From the IMG/VR virus record IMGVR_UViG_3300044858_001593, positions 1 to 32,417 of that record: 32,417 nt of DNA; one strand, given 5' to 3'. Below the pieces are notes generated by a model. The model searched no databases. It was not told the DNA's origin and saw only the letters and a program-made list of their open reading frames with translations. Position 1 is the stretch's first letter. Each line of letters opens with the position of its first letter. The translations under genes and the position numbers were made by a program. The stretch comes from a virus (taxonomy: Duplodnaviria; Caudoviricetes). Positions 27,091 to 32,417 of this stretch are shown in pieces.

Positions 27091-28259
27091 TTACCATCGA
27101 CGCCCAATTACACGACGGCCAGAAGCTAATCTTCCGTAACCGGAGGCGATTCAACACGGTCGCCTGTGGTCGTAGGTTTGGCAAGACCGTGATGGCGGAA
27201 GCCCTGCTTATTGAGTCGGCTATCATGGGCAAACCAGCGGCATACTTTGCACCGACGTACAAGATGCTATCTGATGTTTGGAAGGCACTCAAGACAACCC
27301 TGCATCCTATAATCACGGGTGTAAGTGAACAAGAGAAGCGGCTGACTATTGAGACGGGTGGTATCATCGACTGCTGGTCATTAGACGCCTTCGACAGCGT
27401 GCGGGGCCGTAAGTATGCCCGTGTGGTGAACGATGAGGTGGCGATGGTTAAGAACTTCATGGACGCATGGAATGAGGCGATCCGGCCGACGTTAACGGAT
27501 TACAAGGGGGACGGGTATTTCTTCAGCACGCCTAAGGGACGCAATGACTTCCATGCGATGTACGAACGTGCACGGCTGGACGAGACGTATGCAAGCTTCC
27601 GTATGCCTACAAGCGTAAATCCCTACATCGCACAGGATGAGATAGACGCTGCACAACGCGAACTCCCTACAGTCGTGTTTAACCAGGAATACCTCGCAGA
27701 GTTTGTAGACGTGCAGGGTGCTCTGGTTAAACGTGAGATGATCACGTACGTCAACAGCGACCAGGTGCCTAGAGATCTGAAGATCGGGATGGGTGTTGAT
27801 TTGGCGATCTCAAAATCCGATACCGCTGACTATACCGCCATCGCCGTAGTTGGCTACGACAAGGACTCGGGGCGTAGGTACGTGCTGGACATGTGGAGGG
27901 GCAAGGTGGGGTTTCACGAAGTCGTCCAAGGCGTACAAAGCCTGGCTGCCAAGTGGAACCCATCGCGCATCAACATCGAGGCAGTCCAGTATCAGGTGGC
28001 AGTAGTGCAGGAACTTCTCCGCAAGACATCCCTACCTGTCAAGGCTGTCAAACCAGACCGTGACAAGGTAACACGTTTTCACGCTTTGCTGGCAAGGTAT
28101 GAGCAGCTACTGGTTACACACGTACGGGGGCTGGAGCCTTCATTCGAACAAGAACTACTTTCTTTTCCAGAGGGTAACCATGACGACATGGTGGACGCTC
28201 TCGTATATGCTGAGATGGCGGCTGTTAAGTCGCAAGGCGCTGGGGTTGTTTTTCTATAA
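27087..28259 (+). CDS. terL: Terminase large subunit
   Basis: 'GRRFGKT' Walker A, 'VVNDEVA' Walker B, 'STPKG', 'QEYLAEF', nuclease 'GVDLA', 'HDDMVDAL'. Confidence 0.97.
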   Translation: MITIDAQLHDGQKLIFRNRRRFNTVACGRRFGKTVMAEALLIESAIMGKPAAYFAPTYKMLSDVWKALKTTLHPIITGVSEQEKRLTIETGGIIDCWSLDAFDSVRGRKYARVVNDEVAMVKNFMDAWNEAIRPTLTDYKGDGYFFSTPKGRNDFHAMYERARLDETYASFRMPTSVNPYIAQDEIDAAQRELPTVVFNQEYLAEFVDVQGALVKREMITYVNSDQVPRDLKIGMGVDLAISKSDTADYTAIAVVGYDKDSGRRYVLDMWRGKVGFHEVVQGVQSLAAKWNPSRINIEAVQYQVAVVQELLRKTSLPVKAVKPDRDKVTRFHALLARYEQLLVTHVRGLEPSFEQELLSFPEGNHDDMVDALVYAEMAAVKSQGAGVVFL

Positions 28260-28271
28260 CGGACTAGAACA

Positions 28272-30197
28272 ATGGGACTAATTCAACAAATCAAGGCTTT
28301 CATCTCCCCTACTGGTGAGGTCGCACAGAACGACCTACCGATTCCAGTTACGGAGTTGTGGAACAAACATAACTTCACACCTATCGTCAACTGGCGTGGT
28401 GCTTACCAGATGTGGAAGGCGAACCCTGTGGCTGTGGCATGCACTCTGACGTATTCGCTGATGATGCCGGAAGCACAGATCGGTGTGATCACTCCGAACG
28501 GTTACGACTTCGAAAGCCCTATCGTGGGGATGCTAACACGTAACCAGTGGCGTGTCACGTTTGGCGAGATCATGACGATCCTATGCATCGGTGGCAACGC
28601 CTATGGTTACAAGCTACGCAACGCCTCGGGTGCTATCATCGGCATGCGCTGGTATTCAGATAAGAACTTTGCCCCTGTTAACGATGGTTACGGTGACGTA
28701 AGCCACTATCTATACTATGACGGACAGGTTGCCTATACAGTTCGCAAGGAAGACGTCGTTCACATTCAGGGCTTCTGGTACGATCCCGAGAAAACACTTG
28801 GTGGTGGCAGCCCTGTGGAGTTAGCAGCGCAGTCTATCGAGGGGTATAATGAGGCAACGTCGACGGTGTTTAACATCCACAAGAACGATGCCATGCCGAA
28901 GACGTTGCTAGTGTACGATGAGGAACTCAGCAGCGAACAGGCTTCACTTGCACAAAAATCTTTTTCTCGCAAGTACGGAGGCGAACGTCGTGGTAGCGTG
29001 GGTATTGTCTGGGGTGTTAGAGACGTCAAGCGCCTTGCCCTCGACTGGAACGAATTGGGACTAAGTGACACATTCGGTCAATACGAGACGCGCATCTGTG
29101 GTGCTTACAAGGTGCACCCGATTATTGCAGGGACGCATATGGGGCTGTCTTCAGCCACCTACAGCAATTTTGAACAGGCAAGTAAGGATTTCACGAACAT
29201 GGTGCGTGTTCCCTTCTGGAACATGATCGCTGACCAGATCAACGCACAGCTAGCTATCCCAGAGTATGGCGTGCAACTTGGTTTTGACCTCTCCACAGTG
29301 CAGGCTCTCGCTGGTGAGACCATCGCCATGGAAGCGGTATCTACAGACAATGACAGCAACGTAGACGATGATTCAGACGTCGACGATTCACCGGAGACAC
29401 TAAGCCTCGGAGGTGGCGTGTCTTCCGACAAATACTTTCAAAAAAACTACAGCGTTACCATAGGCCCCGAAACAAAAGCATGGCTGCACCATCCCGACTC
29501 GCAAGTCTACGCCAAAGCCTACGACGACCTGTTGAACAAACAATCCGAGAAGATCGCTAAGGAGTGGGGGCGTGTGTTGGATGATTTGTACGACAGCATC
29601 ACCGCTGACGTTAAGTCACTCCGCATCGAGACCAAGATAGACGACCAATTCAGCCTCGATGTGTGGGAAAAGAATTTCGTTGACGGCACCGAGGACAGCC
29701 GTACCGAGCTCACTGAGATCGTGCTGGCATTAGCACAGGAAGAGGTCGACGCTGAGGGTGAGTTCACACGCGGCCGTGAGGCTGGTATAACAGAGAGCGC
29801 CAATAAGATAGCGGACTCCGTAGGAACCATCAGAACCGACATCCAGACTCTACTACGACAGAATGCAGGCGTTGGTGAGGAGGAACTGGCAAGGCTTTTG
29901 AAGGAGAAGTTTTCCGACCTGAAGGTATCACGTGCTAATGCCATCGCTCGCACTACAGCCACAGCCACAACAGGCACTGTGCAGAAATCCGTCTGGGATG
30001 AGCTGGGCGGTATCAGACGGTCGTGGGTGGCTTTGTCAGGGGCACGTAGTGCACACGCTGCAGCGCATGACCAATTAGAAGATGCCGAGGGCAAGTTCAC
30101 AGTAGGTGGCGAACGCACCTCGTATCCTGCAGGCGAGGGCTTGTCAGCATCCAACTCCGTCAACTGCCGATGTTTCACACGTGCAAGGCAACTCTAA
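28272..30197 (+). CDS. Portal protein fused to a head-morphogenesis (Mu gpF / SPP1 gp7-like) domain
   Basis: HK97-type portal motifs ('GNAY', 'DVVHI', 'G.SP', 'ICGAYKVHP', 'YSNFEQ'), acidic linker, then 'RA..IART...W...H...F.VGG...YP...NCRC'. Confidence 0.9.
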   Translation: MGLIQQIKAFISPTGEVAQNDLPIPVTELWNKHNFTPIVNWRGAYQMWKANPVAVACTLTYSLMMPEAQIGVITPNGYDFESPIVGMLTRNQWRVTFGEIMTILCIGGNAYGYKLRNASGAIIGMRWYSDKNFAPVNDGYGDVSHYLYYDGQVAYTVRKEDVVHIQGFWYDPEKTLGGGSPVELAAQSIEGYNEATSTVFNIHKNDAMPKTLLVYDEELSSEQASLAQKSFSRKYGGERRGSVGIVWGVRDVKRLALDWNELGLSDTFGQYETRICGAYKVHPIIAGTHMGLSSATYSNFEQASKDFTNMVRVPFWNMIADQINAQLAIPEYGVQLGFDLSTVQALAGETIAMEAVSTDNDSNVDDDSDVDDSPETLSLGGGVSSDKYFQKNYSVTIGPETKAWLHHPDSQVYAKAYDDLLNKQSEKIAKEWGRVLDDLYDSITADVKSLRIETKIDDQFSLDVWEKNFVDGTEDSRTELTEIVLALAQEEVDAEGEFTRGREAGITESANKIADSVGTIRTDIQTLLRQNAGVGEEELARLLKEKFSDLKVSRANAIARTTATATTGTVQKSVWDELGGIRRSWVALSGARSAHAAAHDQLEDAEGKFTVGGERTSYPAGEGLSASNSVNCRCFTRARQL

Positions 30198-30199
30198 CT

Positions 30200-30208
30200 T
30201 GTGGATAA
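30200..30208 (-). promoter_or_regulatory. Perfect DnaA box upstream of the prohead protease/capsid genes
   Basis: TGTGGATAA in the 57-bp intergenic gap, same orientation as 26659. Confidence 0.7.
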
Positions 30209-30254
30209 TTAAACAACAGCATAACCCAAATTCGTATGGTATGGGGAACACACC

Positions 30255-31004
30255 ATGAAAATTGAACGTAAGACTTTTGAATTTCAAGCTAAGGCAGAGG
30301 GTGACAGTGGCGTAATCGAGGCCATTGTCTCCGTGTTTAATAACGTCGACAGCTACGGCGACCGTGTTAAGTATGGTTTCTTCGACGATTCGCTGAAGAC
30401 CAAACTGCCAAAGGGCGTCTGGGCTCACGACTGGAAAACACCAGTGGCCAAGACATTAGAAGCACGTGAGCTGATGCCAGGCGACGCCATGCTGCCCGAT
30501 AGCTTAAAAGACCTCGGTGGCCTGTACATCAGGGGCCAATTCAACATGAATACACAGCGAGGCCGCGAGACCTATTCCGACATCAAGGAAGGTATTATCG
30601 ACGAGTTCTCGATCGGTTATTCAGTAGTCGAGGAAACATTTGCACAGGACGGAGCACGTGAACTAGTTAAGGGGAAACTCTATGAGTGGTCACCAGTGCT
30701 GTTCGGTGCTAACTCACAAACGGCACTTATTAGCGCTAAGGGACTTAACGATGACTTGGAAGACGTTGGAGCTGACGTCGGCCGTATCATCACAAGGCTG
30801 AACGAACGCGCAGAGATTAGGCAAAAGGAAGGGCGCACGCTTTCGTCGGCAAACGTGGCACGCCTGACCGAATTGATGGACACACTGACCGCTGCAGTAG
30901 GCAATATCAAGATGCTTATTGACGCGGCACAACCAGTATCTGCAAAGGCTGCCATGGAAATGGAAGCATTGCGGGCATTAGTAAACAAGAGGAAACAATC
31001 ATGA
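30255..31004 (+). CDS. HK97-family prohead protease
   Basis: 'SVFNNVDSYGD', 'WAHDW', 'FSIGY', 'LYEWSPV.FGAN'. Confidence 0.95.
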   Translation: MKIERKTFEFQAKAEGDSGVIEAIVSVFNNVDSYGDRVKYGFFDDSLKTKLPKGVWAHDWKTPVAKTLEARELMPGDAMLPDSLKDLGGLYIRGQFNMNTQRGRETYSDIKEGIIDEFSIGYSVVEETFAQDGARELVKGKLYEWSPVLFGANSQTALISAKGLNDDLEDVGADVGRIITRLNERAEIRQKEGRTLSSANVARLTELMDTLTAAVGNIKMLIDAAQPVSAKAAMEMEALRALVNKRKQS

Positions 31005-32350
31005 ATTTGCAACAGATCAACGACGCCATCAGCGCGAAGTCTAGCGAGCTCGAAACGCTCCTTGCTAAGACAGAGCCAACGATGGACGAAGTAAAGTCTG
31101 CACAGACACTGAACGCTGAAATTGACGCGCTCAATGAGCAGGCTAACGAAGTAAAGTCGTTCGAAGCTATCAAGGCCAAGAACGCACAACGCCAGACGGA
31201 AGTGAAGACAGCAGTGAACAAGCTGCCAAAGTCAAACGACATCAAGGTCGGCGAATCATCAGCAAAGGCCAACATGCCAGATGCTGAGTACAAAGCTTAC
31301 GTAACAGGCTTGTTTGTTGGTGGTCTTTCTAACGAGACAGCACGCCAGAAGTACACAGAAGTTACTGGCCTTGATTATAAGACACACACACAAGGTAACG
31401 ACGCTACAGGCGGTATCTTCGTTCCAACGGAGACATCAAGCCTCATCGTTAACCTGAAGGACACATACGGATCATTCCGCCGCAACACGCGTGTTGAGCC
31501 TATGGGCTCCGAGTCGATCCGCATCTTCCGCACAGGCGATGACGTGACGGCATACTGGGGATCAGAGACAGGTACATTGTCATCATCTGACATGTCATTT
31601 GATGCAGTGACGTTGAACGCAAAGAAGATGTATGCCCTTGCAGTTCTTTCAGAAGAACTTGTAATGAACAGCACACAGAATCTTGGCCTTCGCTTTGCTG
31701 AATCGGTAGCTCGCCAGTTCGCAAAGAAGGAAGACGAAGCTGGTTTCTTGGGTGACGGCACGTCAACATACGGCGGTGTTCTCGGTCTTGCTGGCAAGCT
31801 CCGCAAGGTTCTCGAGGATGGTGGCGGAACATGGACAAACGACACACACAAGGGCTACCTCGGATCAGCACAGGTATGTGCTGGCAACACCTTCGCTGAA
31901 GTTACAATGGGCAACCTCATCGCTGGTATGCGTAAGGTTCCAACATACGCACTCACGGGTGCCAAGTGGTATTTCAACAAGGTAGCTTTCGGTGAGACAG
32001 CCGAGCGCCTCGCATACGCACAGGGCGGTTCAACAGCAGCAGAACTTGCTGGCTCATTCGGTCAGCGCCTCTTCGGTTATCCTGTCGAGTTCGTCGACGT
32101 GATGCCATCAGCAGATGCTAACAGCCAGGTGTTTGCTTACTTCGGTAACCTTACACAGGCTGCAACTCTTGGCGATCGCATGGCAACATCGATCAAGCAA
32201 GATGCAAGCAAGGGCTTCGACACGGACACAATCTATGTTAAGGCAACGCAGTACCTCGACATCAAGGTACACGAGATGGGCAATTACAATGCTACAGCAG
32301 CATCACGTACAACAGGCCCTGTTGTTGGTTTCGTAACTATTAACTCATAA
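31001..32350 (+). CDS. HK97-fold major capsid protein with N-terminal scaffold (delta) domain
   Basis: Coiled-coil N-terminus, 'GGIFVP', 'AYWGSE', 'LNAKK', 'SEEL', 'FLGDGT', 'LFGYPV', 'FGNL'. Confidence 0.96.
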   Translation: MNLQQINDAISAKSSELETLLAKTEPTMDEVKSAQTLNAEIDALNEQANEVKSFEAIKAKNAQRQTEVKTAVNKLPKSNDIKVGESSAKANMPDAEYKAYVTGLFVGGLSNETARQKYTEVTGLDYKTHTQGNDATGGIFVPTETSSLIVNLKDTYGSFRRNTRVEPMGSESIRIFRTGDDVTAYWGSETGTLSSSDMSFDAVTLNAKKMYALAVLSEELVMNSTQNLGLRFAESVARQFAKKEDEAGFLGDGTSTYGGVLGLAGKLRKVLEDGGGTWTNDTHKGYLGSAQVCAGNTFAEVTMGNLIAGMRKVPTYALTGAKWYFNKVAFGETAERLAYAQGGSTAAELAGSFGQRLFGYPVEFVDVMPSADANSQVFAYFGNLTQAATLGDRMATSIKQDASKGFDTDTIYVKATQYLDIKVHEMGNYNATAASRTTGPVVGFVTINS

Positions 32351-32417
32351 GGTGACAACATGAACGCACTACAAAATGTGAAGGTTGTCAACGTTACGCC
32401 ACCAGCTGCAATCGTTG
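32315..32417. repeat. Terminal direct repeat, right copy
   Basis: Identical to 1-103. Confidence 0.97.

Noticed and set aside
1-32417. Alternative genetic code (stop reassignment)
   Set aside because: Standard code gives dense, full-length, coupled genes ending in TAA, TGA and TAG.

Overview
This window is an apparently complete, circularly assembled genome of a long-tailed (siphovirus-like) HK97-fold dsDNA phage. Bases 1-103 repeat exactly at 32315-32417, giving a unit length of 32,314 bp. All credible genes are on the + strand. The late region runs terS, terL, a portal fused to a gpF/gp7-like domain, prohead protease, major capsid, a decoration/fibre cassette, a lysis cassette, neck genes, a glycosyltransferase, tail tube, tail chaperones, tape measure and tail tip. 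The early region (about 17.2-26.65 kb) holds small ORFs, a second glycosyltransferase, an RHH regulator, a PD-(D/E)XK nuclease, an SSB-like protein, an HNH nuclease, a VirE/VapE primase-helicase, VRR-NUC and a stand-alone DnaA domain IV protein. I recognised no integrase, repressor, DNA polymerase, tRNA or CRISPR array. The most notable signals are: (1) the DnaA-domain-IV gene is followed by a perfect DnaA box in front of the terminase operon, with a second in front of the protease/capsid genes; (2) the octamer ACACGGAG (CsrA-like) sits at six early-gene ribosome-binding sites; (3) a likely +1 UUU_CGA frameshift joins the tail chaperone ORFs; (4) an iteron-type origin lies inside an ORF; (5) a glycosyltransferase sits in the tail operon. 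All functional calls come from motif recognition by eye; no searches were run and the host is unknown.
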